A stretch of 64,000 nt of DNA from Lobosporangium transversale (Eukaryota). Both the position numbers and the translations under genes were made by a program. Below, in pieces: positions 37,211-54,497 of this stretch (positions are counted from its first letter, which is position 1; the number at the start of each line of letters is the position of its first letter). The notes under the pieces were generated by a model, which had not been told where the DNA came from, did no database searches, and saw only the letters and a program-made list of their open reading frames with translations. The stretch lies in contig NW_019029011.1 in NCBI RefSeq assembly GCF_002105155.1, forward strand, positions 310,001-374,000, in the 5' to 3' direction.

Positions 37211-38762
37211 CTAACAGTAAACGGTAAACAATGCTAGTATAGTTATTTTTATATATAGTTGGTATGAGAAAAGAGCTATATGGATGGCTGATCGACAGTT
37301 TCCCTATCGTTACTATAGCTGCTGCTAGCAAACATCTTCGTGGCGAAACGGGCATTTCTATCGACTGTTGCATCAATGATATTGTATTAACTATTTTGGG
37401 GTTACTTCGGTATCATCAGCGTGCTCTATACGTTGAAATTGATACTCGCCATAGCGATAGGATTAAAGAAGCTTCCTACATTATAGACCGTGTCACTACA
37501 GCTTCATTTCACTTAACAGGATTCCTTCTTGGGATTGGAAAGCTCGAAGAGACCGGTGTTGGCAAAGGCAAAAACCATGCAATCAATGCACCTCTAAAAA
37601 AGGAATAGGTAATTGACCCTATCAAAATATATTTGAGCCTACAAGTCTGTGGACTCTTTACGACAAATCAAATTATCGAACATAGCATGTAGTGTTATCT
37701 TTCAGGGGAAGTAGCCTTACGGATTGAAACAGATTTCTAGGTCGTTGATAAGGCCAGATGCCTCTACGCTTCGATTATAGGGCGTACCAACCGCGTGGTT
37801 TATGTCAATGATTGTTGTCGACAGATACACCATATGCAATGTGGCCAGAGTGTGAACCTTAAAAATAGCTGTGCTATTAAACGAGCTTCTGCCTGAAATA
37901 CTTCCTTTCAATGCGTACTTTGGGTGCTTTGGACCTGAGTATCTTTTGCGTGTATCTGTCAACAAGTTAGAAATTTTCGCAATCGAAATTTTCGTCAAGG
38001 ATTTACATTACCTAAGAATGAGCTCGATAGGGCTTGACATGTTTTGAAAAATGTCAAAGCAGCATTTTCATGAATATGCTAGTGCACAAGCTCTTACTGA
38101 TGGAATGGACCAAACTCAAGCTGTAACTGTTGCCCTCTTTTATATCAAAGGCGTACAGTTACTTTTATCTGTTTACTTTTTTTTTGTTTTTTTTCTAGTG
38201 ATAATGGTGATGGAAGATGCAGAAGAGTGTACTCCGTAGTGAGAGAGGACATCGGTAACCAAAGGAATAGGAGAGATCACATTGAAATGAGTTTAATATA
38301 GAGATATTGATTGAAGTGATAGTATAATATCTCGGCTCTTTTGCATCTTGAAAAGTAGAAGCATCTTTCCCGCGGTATGAAAGAGGATGCCATTCTCCCT
38401 GTGGCATGTTTGACGTAGAAAAATAAAAAAGGAAATTCGAGTTGACTGCAGCATCAAATTTGTAAAAATATTCTGCTCTTCTTACTTCGTTCTCTTACTG
38501 CATGTTCAAAACGAACCAGACCGAGATAAAAACTGCATGAACAGAGCTATCTTAATAATAAACAGCATCCCCAGCTCTATAATCGATATCGTCACTCTTG
38601 AGTTCAATATGACCATTTATTGGTAATCAGGTCACTTTTACAATTATGAGAGTTCTCCCTAGAAAATGCTAGAACTCCTCTCTATGGTCAGTTTCTTCAA
38701 AGTTCCTGTGCTTTTATTATTACTATCGCTGCTTTATCTCCTGAACGCTCATTCACACGAAT

Positions 38763-39598
38763 ATGAAGCCAATTGCTCGACCCAAGGCCAGAGAAGCTAC
38801 TGCTCTCCTCAAGCAAGGTCTTTCCATCTGACAGGTTGGCGAAAGACTCGGAATCCCTCATACTTCTGTGGCGAATATCCGTCTAAACGCGGCAGAAGAT
38901 ATCGTAAAAAAGCCAGCGGGCCGTCCAAGGAAGGTTGGAGACGAGATAGCTCAGCATCTTAAGCTAGGGCTCAAGCGTGGTCTTTTCAGGTCTTCTATTG
39001 ATGCTCAAAAGGAAGCGAACAAGCTACTTCCAAGCCCTATATCAAGTTCCACCATCAGGAGATGCCTCAGGGGGACTGGTATGAAGGCAATAAAGGCTGT
39101 CAAGAGGCCTTTCCTCGAGAAGTAACACATAAGAAAGCGCCTCCAGTTCACTCGCATATACCAAGAATGGGCTGTAGAGGACTGGAAGGCTGTCGTTTGA
39201 CCAGATGAACCCAAAATGGATTGTACTTGCTCGGATGGGGTAAACTTGGTATGGGATGACCAAGAAGGAGCCATCAATGAGCGAACTGTTTGCGGAACAG
39301 TGAAGTTTGGTGACGGAGGGGCCATGATATTGGTCTACATGAATTGGGCGGACCCAGTCGAATCTGTAGAATTGAGGGAATCATGAACTCAAAGAAGCAC
39401 ACCACGAAGGCCACCCAGGCATATTTGCGGTCAGTGGGCCTAATAGAAGAATCTAGGAGGCTACTAATCTGGCCAGCACAGCCGCCTGACATGAATCCCA
39501 TTGAGCACATGTGGTCTGAGCTGCAAAGAAGACTTGAGATATACCCAGAGCCAACCAAAAGCTGTGCTGAACTATGGGAACACATCGAGAGGGAGTAA
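38763..39598 (+). pseudogene. Tc1-family transposase pseudogene with stops and internal deletion
   Basis: LLKQGLSI*QVGERLGIPHTSV (HTH), GRPRK, ISSSTIRRCL, KRPFLEK*HIRKRLQF..WAVEDWKAVV*PDE, TVKFGDG, WPAQPPDMNPIEHMWSELQRRL; no TIRs recognised. Confidence 0.9.
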
Positions 39599-40551
39599 CT
39601 CTTTTATTCGATGTGTCATGAAATTTGTAAGAGGTTGGCCATTTTAACTAGCTCATATTAGTCTAAGGACGACATCCTACGCAGGTCACCCTTGACTTCG
39701 GGACTCATGCTCTATCTGGTGCATGGGAAAACGAATCACTAAGATGACAATACGATCGCAGTTACATTTCGTCACAAAAAACATTACTGGAACGAGCTAA
39801 AATATGATGTGGATATTTAAAGGAGCAGATCCTTAACCATTCAAGCGCTACGTACGTCTTTGAACTCCTTACTACTGGCACCTCAGCCTCCGATATCATT
39901 CACAAAAGCTTAAATACATACTGTTGCAGCATCTATGCGTCATTGTCAGGTATATCCATGTATTCTAATAAACAGACGTATACGGCCTATCATGTCATAT
40001 GGTCAGTAGGTCAGATTCAAGCCAATCAGGGCGTTTTATAAGATAAACATATTTCGTCGAGAACGATCTTTTCACGCTATCGCTCGCCGTATCTTACCGT
40101 GATCGAAAAAGATATTTTATCAAAATAGAGAAGCAAGGTATTCTAAAATATATTTAAACCTCTGTAATTTGAACTCAACCTTTTATTGTCGCCGCCATCA
40201 CATGACATTACGATATTTGCATTATTCCATCCTTCTCACTCATGACCAGAAGACATTCTCAAAAATCAAACAAGAACATCAAGGAATCAAATTACAAAGG
40301 TTCAAATATATTTTGGATTGGATAGATTGATATAGATTGACAGTCCATTTCGTGGCGTTAATCGTTTATCGTTCCTACGACAAAAGTAATGAAGATGATC
40401 CACGTATCTTAAATTACCATCCATGACACAATTGGAGGTAAACTGCGCCTATTATCATCACCACAATCGCAAATAAATGAAACAGTTTCACAGACACTTT
40501 ATAGTGTATACAATAAATAAGAGAGATGTGAAATCATGTTTGTATCGCCAA

Positions 40552-40723
40552 TTTCATTTGGTCATGATACCTTATGTTTTTAATCTAAAAACGATGATTG
40601 AATTGTTCTGGTGGCATTTCACTACGTGACGGACTTGCAACAATACTCGCAACAAGCGAGCCAATTGGCTGCCAATACACTCGAAAGTATTCAAAAAATA
40701 TAAGGTATCATGACCAAATGAAA
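40552..40723. repeat. Short inverted-repeat (MITE-like) element upstream of HPPD copy 2
   Basis: TTTCATTTGGTCATGATACCTTAT (40552-40575) is the exact reverse complement of 40700-40723, and the pairing extends about 6 nt inward with one mismatch. Confidence 0.7.
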
Positions 40724-41061
40724 CGGGCTATATGACTATTGGCCTTGTTTATATAAAGGTTTTTTCATTCCTGGTACAGAGCGGCTGAACAAAAAGGCTT
40801 GAGAGCTTGAAAACACACCACAAAACTTTAATTCACTACCTGGTTGGTTCTTCAGCCAAGTTTATTTGAATTGGATAATATCTCCTTTTCCAATATATAT
40901 TACGAGGAGCATAGGGCACAGATATCCCATTCAACGTATAAAGAAGTCCAACATTCCTTGTCCTCTTTGTTTATTGTTCATCCGCGGCTCTTTTCTCACC
41001 TTCATACGCGCACAAAAATTTTCTCTTCCCATCTACAACACGCACATTTACATAATTAATT

Positions 41062-42335
41062 ATGGGTGTCCAGGTAATTATTTTGTTCTTCACGACGCAC
41101 AGCAACCACCGTGGTATTTTGTTCAACATAAATACACCTACACTTCTGTAAAATAATGCATCAAAGCAGTCGTCGCTTAAACTTTCAGACAATTAACATA
41201 CCTCTTCCCTTTACTTTCACAACAGGCTGGAAACTATGACGGCTTTGATCACATTGTCTTTTGGGTAGGGAACGCCAAACAAGCTGCCTCATTCTATACC
41301 ACCCGCTTTGGTTTCAAGGGGATTGCTTACCGTGGTCTGGAGACCGGTCACCGTGATGTCTGTTCGCACGTTGTCAAGCAGGACGACATTGTTTTCGTCT
41401 TCCAGTCCCCTTTGAACCCCAATAACAAGGTCTTCTCTGATCATCTCGCTCTCCACGGTGATGGTGTTAAGGATGTTGCCTTCACAGTCGATGATGTCCA
41501 CGCCATCTACAACCGCGCTATTGAGAAGGGCGCTAAATCGATTCGTGCTCCTTTCGAGGAAAAGGATGAGCACGGCTCTGTTTGGATGGCCACCATTGCC
41601 ACCTATGGCGACACAGAGCACACTTTTGTTCAGCGCAACGGTTACAATGGCATTTTCTTGCCTGGATACGTTAAGCCTCGCACCCACGACCCTCTTGAAG
41701 ATATCCTCCCCGTCATTGGTCTCAACTACATTGACCACTGCGTTGGTAGTCAGCCCGATGGTGAGATGCTCAAGGTTTGTGAGATGTACGAGCAACAGTT
41801 GGGTTTCCGCCGCTTCTGGTCCATTGATGACACGCAGGCCTGCACTGAGTACTCAGCTCTCCGTTCCATTGTTATGACTGATGTCACCGAGAAGATCAAA
41901 ATGCCCATCAACGAGCCCGCTGAGGGTAAGAAGAAATCCCAGATCACAGAGTTCTGCGAGTATTACGGCGGTGCTGGTGTCCTGCACATTGCTCTTAACA
42001 CCAACGATATCATCCAGGCTGTCTCCAACCTCCGTGCTCGCGGTATGGAGTTCTTGTCCGTCCCTCCTACTTACTATGAGAACTTGCGTCTCCGTCTCCA
42101 GCACTCTTCTACCAAGATTGCTGAGAACTTGGGTGCCATCCAGAAGCTTAATATCCTAGTCGACTACGACGAGTCTGGCTACCTTCTTCAAATTTTCACC
42201 AAGCCTCTCTCGGACCGCCCTACTGTCTACATCGAAGTTATTCAACGTCGCGGCCACGAGGGCTTTGGTGCTGGAAATTTCAAAGCTCTGTTCGAGGCCG
42301 TCGAGCGCGAGCAAGCAATCCGTGGCAACTGCTAA
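41062..42335 (+). CDS. HPD: 4-hydroxyphenylpyruvate dioxygenase-like, copy 2 (divergent active site); exons 41062-41073, 41226-42335
   Basis: Same length and intron position as copy 1; His/His/Glu Fe ligands kept, but HCVGSQ, FRRFW, QACTEY and GVLHIAL differ. Confidence 0.95.
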
Positions 42336-42510
42336 ATTAAGAATGATAACGAAGAGTTGACCTCTAGCAAATATAATCTCCTCCCCTTCCTGTACATTTA
42401 TCCCACATCTAACCTTACTCACGTCCTGAGAGAACATTGCTCTTTTGTACAATAAAAATAAAAGTTTATAAAAATATCTTCAGTATGATTACACATACTA
42501 GAATACCAAT

Positions 42511-46353
<3,843 letters not shown>

Positions 46354-46599
46354 GCACCAACTGATCAAGTTAAGAGTGCGTCGTGATTAGTCAAATGAAG
46401 AGAAAGATCACTGTTTCCTCCGTTTGGACGCTATTCCACGCAAGTCACATAACAACATTAGAGCGGGTGTTCATAAAACGAAAAGACAAATAAATTTGCA
46501 GGAATAATTATATTTTATTTACAACAAAAATGATAGATAAAATACTGTACGATGAGCAGCTTTACTCAGATTAGCATTCTTTCTTTTTCTTTTGGTTGC

Positions 46600-47010
46600 T
46601 CTTTAGGCTGCAAGCTCATTCTTGGTATCATAGTCATGCTTCTGGTCAACCACAACCTTTCTTAACCATTGGTAATGCCATTATCCTAACTGTCCTTAGT
46701 GCACATGAATAAGAACAGAGGCAAGAAAAGAACCAGAAGCAAAGATCAAACAATTAGCTTAATCGTGAGGGATGTCTCGAGGATATTAATGCACCAGGCG
46801 GTGACATCACTTGAGGACTGGATGCACTTGTAAAAACCTGCATAGCGGGAGAATACAGTAACATCGTTAGAGAGAGCACCCATCATCAGTAGCAGTAAGT
46901 CTGCCATGACGAGAAAAGGAGTCTTATGTACAGTTCCAACCTTAAAGTCAACACCAGGCTTAGTGTCCCCAAGTTTGTACGTCTTTTGGAAGAAGATGCC
47001 TCCGTCCAAG
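46600..47010 (-). pseudogene. Decayed 3' fragment of the UNC-93-like gene
   Basis: GGIFFQKTYKLGDTKPGVDFK..MGALSNDVTVFSRYAGFYKCIQSS with deletions and stops; 3' UTR similarity continues to ~46.46 kb. Confidence 0.9.
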
Positions 47011-47179
47011 TAGCCCAGACTGTGGCGATTCCGAAGGGTCTAATGTTAGTACAAATGAAAGGAAGTAGAATGTTCATCTTTTAATATAGCAGCGCAATAA
47101 GGAAGTGAAGACTAAGAAGACGGATATTTATCCTGTAGAAATAAGCTTGTTGTGAATAGCCTCATAGAGAAGACTCAAA

Positions 47180-47410
47180 ATGGTGAGCTAGCCAAGGATA
47201 TTTGTATTGCACATGAGAGAGCAATGCTCGATGCCTGGATTTGCCAACCGGTCGCATTTGTTCATTGTCAGCACCGTCGAGTTTTGTGTACATGGCAGGA
47301 CGCACAGGTCGAAAGATCAGGCGGTAACTTCATTCGAGACAATATCTATTTAGAGGACCGAGCTCAAGATACACAATATTGACATTCGGCCATACCGTCA
47401 TGTTGGATAA
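47180..47410 (+). pseudogene. Decayed 3' fragment of the DEAD-box helicase gene at 20052-22127
   Basis: Reverse complement aligns to ~20050-20310 (e.g. CGACCTGTGCGTCCTGCCATGT, GCTCGGTCCTCTAAAT, CGAGCATTGCTCTC). Downstream 47430-47520 matches 19885-19950 (AGAAAGAACATCCGGAAACAA). Confidence 0.85.
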
Positions 47411-47601
47411 TAGTAAAGAAGGAAAATAAGAAAACCGTTATTTATTGTTTCCGGATGTTCTTTCTACCTCTTGACTCGTTGAAGAAGAAACATGACAATA
47501 CAGTTTAAGCGAGTCACTCTTATCAATATGAAAAAAAAAAAAAAAAAAAAAAAAACTAGACAGTGTATCCCGCATACGCAACATGGCGAAAGAGCTGTTT
47601 G

Positions 47602-49637
47602 TCATCGTGCGAATGAACCTGTAGAAGTAGAAACTTGCTTCCGATTGATATTGCGAGACTTATTTGTCTCTCGTTTTTGTATTGTGCGTGCTATAAGAGG
47701 CACACGACCTGGGTAAATAGCTTCATTCCGCCCAAATGTTTGTACACTTTCTTGTCCATTTATCTCTCTAGAGCCTGTACTGTGGCCTTGTATAGTAGCA
47801 AGCTCGCGATGGGTCGAGAATGGCACTGTCTGAAGTCTTTGGCAATTGGAGTTCCTATTACTGCCATTTGAAGTAGATCTTATTTCATCTTCCACCCGGA
47901 TTATTCCTCCGACGGGCCCCACAGCTCCAACCTGTATAGTTGGCCCTGGATGGCTCAAAATCCTGGTAGCAGAAGTGGGGATTACGCTAGGAATGCTGTG
48001 GCGATCGTAAACAAATGGCTGCATCTCTTGGTTACAACAACAAAAAAAAAAAGTGTTATAACTGTGTCAACTTTCTTTATATCATGATCATGTTTTTGAA
48101 ATATTTTGGAATCAAACCTGGAATAACGGCCTGAGCAGATTGGGGGGCATTGGTGTAGACAGGGCAAGGATTTGGGGCAGCTGCCGCTTCGTTTACAACG
48201 CTAGACAAATGATCTATATTCTGAAGAAACATCAATTTTATTGTTAGAACAAATATCAATTTAGTTTTAAGGTAATCAAAGATTCTTTTAAGCTTATGGT
48301 CACGGTTCTTACCAATAACGGATATGGCTGATCCAGATGATCAACAGCCCCTACCATGAAGCCAGCTTTTTCCTGTCCCGAAGAAGATAGCTTTCGATTA
48401 TCCGAAAATATAGGCCGCCTCTTCTGCTGTTCGTACAGAGTTTGGAGCTTTGAAAGTTGGCGCGATTTTTCATCCAATTGCTCGCTCAAATCAATCGATT
48501 TGCGCTTCTCCTGCTCTAAATCCCTTTGTAGGGCTATAAGAGTATCATTTAAAAAGCAAAGTCAGCAAAATTTAACCCACCATGATATCCATTACTTCCT
48601 TCTCGAATTATAGCAACATTTATTTACAATTCATGGCATCTCGAAGGCCTAAAGTCGGGTAACAGTCAATTTTTGAATACTCTATAATTCGTTGACTCAT
48701 CAATCTTTTTATCAATTATGGAAGTATAAGAAGATACTTGCCACCAAGCTCTGCGTTGAACTCGCGCGTCACCCGTTGCAGTTGCTTCTCAAGAAGACTG
48801 ATTTTGTCCTCCTGTGACTTTTGCGTCATTTCCCGATATTTGATTTCCTGAGATGTTTGGTACGTCCAAAATGAGATGGCCCGAGTGCAGACCTCCATGA
48901 TGATTTCTGGTCTAAGACCAGATAAAATTGACTATTTGAAAATGAGCAGTGTATCAATGATTGCTATTTATTGGCATATTCAAATGCAGGCACTGTAGTC
49001 TGTGAATACTTGAATAGCAGGCTTACAGACCGATACTCTTGTGTGGGGTTCAATTCCACAATAACAATATCATCTCTAGTTGAAATGGAAATCGATTTCT
49101 TAAAAAACATCTGATATCAAATTATGGTGTATGAATAACATTTTAAAGCTTACGGCTGTGTTAGGCTGGTTTCACAAGCTGGACAAACAAGTGCCACCTC
49201 GAAGGCTGTAGTTGCACAGGTAATACAAAAGATATCTACAAGAAGTCAAAGAAAGAATGAGGTTCATAAGCAAACTCAAAGCATTACTGCAATAGCTTTA
49301 TCTGTGCTTTTCTGTCACTTTCGAATAAAAAAGATGCATGTATACTTTACGCGAGCATGTCGTTACACAAGCCTATGACAATATTGGCTGATTAATAAAG
49401 TATGGGGTTGTCATCAGGATTACTCGTACAACATTTATGTTCCTACGTTGCTTTTACCTTCCCTAAAGGGTTTAATGTGCTTCGGCATGTCAGAATATTG
49501 CCTAGTTTGATTAAGATGATAGCAAGCAATCATCATTGGTCAACAATTGTTGGAATAATACTCTACTGCGTAGAAGTTATAGTTGTGATGTACGGGAAGC
49601 TGGTATGTTCAATACATTTCAGTTCATGTTCAGCCAT
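47602..49637 (-). CDS. HEI10: HEI10/CCNB1IP1 meiotic RING E3 ligase (many short exons)
   Basis: MAEHELKCNILTCR..ACVTTCSHIFCITCA..CPACETSL..DDIVIVELNPTQEYRS..LSGLRPEIIMEVCTRAISFWTYQ, then coiled coil; 3' end less certain. Confidence 0.85.
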
Positions 49638-49837
49638 TGCGTTCGTTTTCACTACTTTATTTTGCTTTAATGAAGAACAGGGTAAGAGAGAAAGATGTAA
49701 GGTACAAAGAAGTAAACTGCCGGAGATTAAGATGGTATAAATTAAACTATAGCTCCTCATAACCCCCGCAAGAACTCTGATAAGGTATTCATGCTGAACG
49801 TCCCTTTTCCAAATGTGGCTTGTTGCATTTATGCATT

Positions 49838-51747
49838 TCATGCATTTGGTACATTTGATGTATTTGACGCATTTGGTGCATTCGATAAACTTGGTGCAGA
49901 AGGTGCATTCAGTAAATATGGTGCAGAAGGTGCAGTAGATATTGCAGTCATACTCGGCGCGGCCATCACAGGGGTCAATACCAAGGATACTGAAGGACTT
50001 TGAATCGCTGTAAAATAGTCTTTTGCACCATTTGTGGTTCCACGAGATGGCGTTGCAGGATCAGAATAACGACGGGATGAAGGAAAGATCTGAGCGTGCT
50101 CCGCAGTGGGCGAAGCAGGACCTAGGCCTAAATCCACAGCATGGGGTGCTGTTGGCCTTTCGACCGACAAGGAGATGGGCAAAGGGAGGTTGAGTTGCTG
50201 AGTAGCGTTTTCCTTTTCTACAGGATATCCATTATGATTCAACGCCATAAAATTTCCTGGTCTAAATGATGATTGGACAGGCGGCCTAGGTGAAGTTCCA
50301 GTTTCTGGATAAGGTGTTGTTTCCGACCATCGGAGACCTATTGCTGGTAGTGACATTTCAAATGGTCTCAGTGTAGAAGCAAGTGTTGAACGTGTTGATG
50401 ATGCAGACACTGATGGGTTAGTAAAATTAATGGGCAGAAACTGAGCCTGAGACTGAGAGGGGCTCTGTGGTATTTCGGGCAGAGGCTTGGAGATCAATTC
50501 GGCAGGAGAATTCAAATGCTGATTAGTGCTATGGGAAGATGAAGAGGAGGGGTGCGAAGATTGAAATAGAGGTACAGCAGAATAGCTCCTGCTTCTAGTA
50601 GCTGGATACAGCATAGGGGGCTGCAATGGTGGTGCCAGACTAGGCCTATTCACATGTCCGCTTGCGATCATAGCGAGTGAATTATACCCTATGCTGTCTT
50701 CTCTTCCTTGAACACGACCAGACGTATAGTCAGCGATGTTTGGTGGGATATTTGTAGATGGTAAACGCCCACTCATACTCGGCGCATTTGATGACGGTAT
50801 GGAAGAAGGGAGGGAGGTTGCAGGCGATCCAGAAGGCGATCCGAATGGGGTCAAGTAATTAGAGCTCAAATCATTTCTAACAGGTTGAAGCTGCTGCAAC
50901 TGCTGAGTCTGAGATTGAATTAATTCTGGCATCTGAGTATGCTCTAAGGAAATGGATTGTGTGATAGAATTATTGGACATCGTGCCAATGACAATAGGCA
51001 CCTTGACTTCGAATCCACCGGGGCTGGCTAGCAGCTTGTTTTTCATGGCACTTTTCAGTGTCTTGCTATGACGCGATTCCAAAAAGCTTGTCTTTGGACG
51101 CATGTCGAATAGTATGGCAAGATAGTAATCGATAGACATCGTTTTGGTTTTTAATAACGTTGGTGTTGCGGTGTCCGGAATAGTCAGTTCCGAGATTATC
51201 TTTCCGGTACGAGTATTCGATTTAACGACAAGAGGCTCCGCTCGGGTTGCTATTGTTTGGACGTATTCTTTTGCGTGCCTTTAATATCAACAGAATGAAG
51301 AAGAATAGATTAAAGTTATTCAATGACTAGACTAAACGCGGACTCGGTTTATTGACGCCGTATCGTTTTTCGCTGACTTACTCGCCTGCAAAATAATCCT
51401 CTTTGCAAATCAACTGAATGAAGCATCCTGGATTCCTTTGGAGTTTAGTAGGATGGTATAGATCAATTTCTAGTTGTAACTTTTGTCCCTTAAGATATGC
51501 TGTTCGCGAAAGCTTTATTATAGCAGTAGCAACATCCTTAGAGTTACTCCCTTTAGGCTTGAGATTACTACTGCCTTTAATTGAGGTCGGAGTATTGTAA
51601 GGAGCAGCGTTCACATTGATAAGATCCTTAACGAGAATTGTATGACTGGTCTTAAGCTCCTGCATCCCGAGTACAATCCCTTCAGATGTCAATGCTGCAT
51701 TTAATGAATATTTGACAACTCCATGACGATACTGTTGCCCAGACACC

Positions 51748-51784
<37 letters not shown>

Positions 51785-52256
51785 ATCAGCAATGTTATCC
51801 ATGCTGCTGCCACGAATAGTTCAAAGCGGCAATTAGTCACCTTTCCAGAAGACGGAACATGCTGTGGTGGGATCAAGAACTGGAATGCCCAGCTGTGCTT
51901 CCCTTCATCAAGTAGGTACTCAGCGGAGTTATCTTTATTACCGAGAAGGACCACTTGCTGATTCATAACATAGATTTGCTCTTCTACCTTGGCAACCTTG
52001 GTCGTCACTGTCCCAATGAGGTGTATCCTGAGACATGTGTATTTGATGCTGGATGATGTTGTTAATAAAACTTGACCTAGTGTAATGAAGCAAATAAGTC
52101 TTCGTGGCCCTTTTATCTCTGACTACCTATTCTATTTTTTTATTTTTATTTTTTTGAGCTTGACTACATAATCATACCTTCTACAGTGTCTCCTGGCAGA
52201 TAATAGCCCACTGCTTCATTAAGGCTTTGTTGTAGTTCGATCCGCAGCCGCTTCAT
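49838..52256 (-). CDS. Arrestin-domain protein with Pro/Ser-rich tail
   Basis: YYLPGDTVE|GQVLL..LRIHLIG, GKHSWAFQFLIP..VPSS, HGVVKYSL, LSRTAYLKGQ, SIDYYL, VKVPIVIGT. Confidence 0.85.
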
Positions 52257-52896
52257 ACTTCAGCTCCTGGTCACTGTTCTGGCTGTACAGAAGGCTAATT
52301 CTGCAAGCGAAGAATGAGAAATGAGGTGCTGAATGAGAAAAGATTGTACTACCAATTGTCAATTAATAATATATTTAAAAAAGGAAACCGCCGGTGCATA
52401 TGCTTAAAAGAAAAAACTATAATTAAAAACGTGATAAAAGGTAGTCTGCGACGAGAAGTGAGCAAGAAGGGGCAATTGGCGAGCAGAAGATGACTACAGG
52501 AAGTGAAGAGCTGGGGGCTTCTTTATTGATATTTGCTTTTGCATACTTACTCCAGTGATTCCCAGGAGCTGCTGAGTCGAAAAAACAAACAAAACAAACA
52601 ACAAGGGCGTAATGCATTCGATACTCAACGGCTGCAGTCTTATTTTTATCCGTTTTTAGTTTGCCAAGAAGCGATGCACAATGTAATTTTGTGGGCGAGG
52701 GGATATGTTTCCTCAAAACAGCCCAGTGCCTGATTAAGGAAAGTAAGATGGGCCCTCCTTTCCTTTTGCTCAGATAGAGGAAGGCATACAACAATAGGCA
52801 CGCAGTTGTGCAAGCGCAGCACTCGGATTTTTTTTATTCTCTACCACAACAAATACTACTATGCATACAAGATCCTTAAAAAATCTGTACACACGC

Positions 52897-54019
52897 TTAA
52901 CGCTTGACCCATTGGAACTTTTTCCTCGCACCATACTGACCAGGCTTCTTACGTTCCACAACACGCATATCACGTGTGATGCAACCAGCTATGAGAATGA
53001 AATGAGAAGTAAAAAAAAGGCCTCAGTAAGATTTTATCGCGTTCGAAGTAATTACAATACTAGCCTACATCGAGAGCGTATGAAGCTTGCTGGAAATAGC
53101 TCATACCTTTCCTAAGAGTTGGCTTAAGCTCTGGTGAATGTGTTAACAATGCTTTGGCGATTCCAAGAGAGATGGCCTCTGCTTGACCTATTTTCATATA
53201 TACACATTCAATGTTGGACGGTGTAAGCTCCGCAGATCTACCTGATTCCATCTCATGATTCAGCATAGCACACAAAATTATGAAAACAACATCTAGCAAT
53301 CAAGCATCCTTGCCTGTTGTGCCCCCTCCTTTGACCAAGGCCCAGACATTGTATTTTCCAAGCAAATTTGTAACCTCAAAAGGCTTCAGCAATGAGTCCC
53401 GATCCTGCGACTTCCTAAAGTAGTGAGCAACATCTTGTCCATTGATCAGAACCTTGCCTTCTCCTTCAACGACAAAGACACTGGCACTGGCCTCCTTTCT
53501 GCGACCTGTAGCTAAAGCACGTCCAAGATGGTCAACGATCCTAGGTTTGGCCTTTTGAGTCATCTGTTCCTCCGTCTTTGAGAATTGGCTGAAGTAGGCT
53601 TCGACTTCTGGAGGACGGGGAGTTAACGTGGCGAGCTGATTCAATTTAGAAATAATGAGTCGGTACTGCGATGTCTTGAGAGTCTCTACACCGACTGCTG
53701 CTCTTAGTGCATCCTTGCCAAGCCAGTTGGGGCGCTGAGCCTGCTTGGATGGCTTAGTGATGGGACGATACTGACGGTATGTATAATCAAGGTTGACAAT
53801 CAACTCATTGTAGACAGGATTCGTAGTAAAGTAAGAGGGTGATGCAGGCTTGAGTTGAAATCCATTAAGTGAGCTGTAGCCATTGATGGGCTGTTCCTGG
53901 ACAGGTGCACCAGTCTCCGTAGACATGAAGCGCACACAAGCAATCCTTGAGCTGGACAATTGCAATGGCCGACCAATGGCACCAGCAAAAGTCCTTGCCA
54001 ATATCCGTGAAGAAAGCAT
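52897..54019 (-). CDS. MRPS9: Mitochondrial ribosomal protein S9 (3 exons)
   Basis: [68 protein letters not shown]. Confidence 0.95.
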
Positions 54020-54497
54020 GGTGGCACCGAGCAGTTGAGTTGATGAACTGTGCGGAGAGAAATGGAATGGGACCCGAAGATCAGCTCAAAGAAAAGTGTT
54101 TACGCGTGACTACTTTTTTGACTGTCCAAAGTGCTCGAAACAAAAGCCAATTTTAACAGCCAAGCTTGTTAGCAAAGATATGGAAATTGTCATCAAAGTT
54201 TCGAGTCACCGTAGTAGGTCTTCGCTACAGTTGATCCAATGTGCGAACACTAGGCTTCTCTTTGGAACCTTGCGTGGCAGATAATTTATATTGTGCACAA
54301 TAACTGCGCACTTGAGCAAACTCCAATGACTCCAGCAAGAATGCCACAGTCATCAGATTGGGATCTCCATAATATCACGTGCTCAGTTTTTGACTCCAGC
54401 ACAGTCATAAAACGAACCTTTGACCTCATTCATTGTCTTTCCATTCACTAACGTCCAACTCCTACTTCCTCCCAATTGACTACTACACCATATTATA

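Noticed and set aside
54325..54410. Repeated TGACTCCAGCA..CAGTCAT in the MRPS9/RQC2 divergent promoter as Gcn4-type sites
   Set aside because: Not the full TGACTCA consensus; cannot be supported without conservation data.
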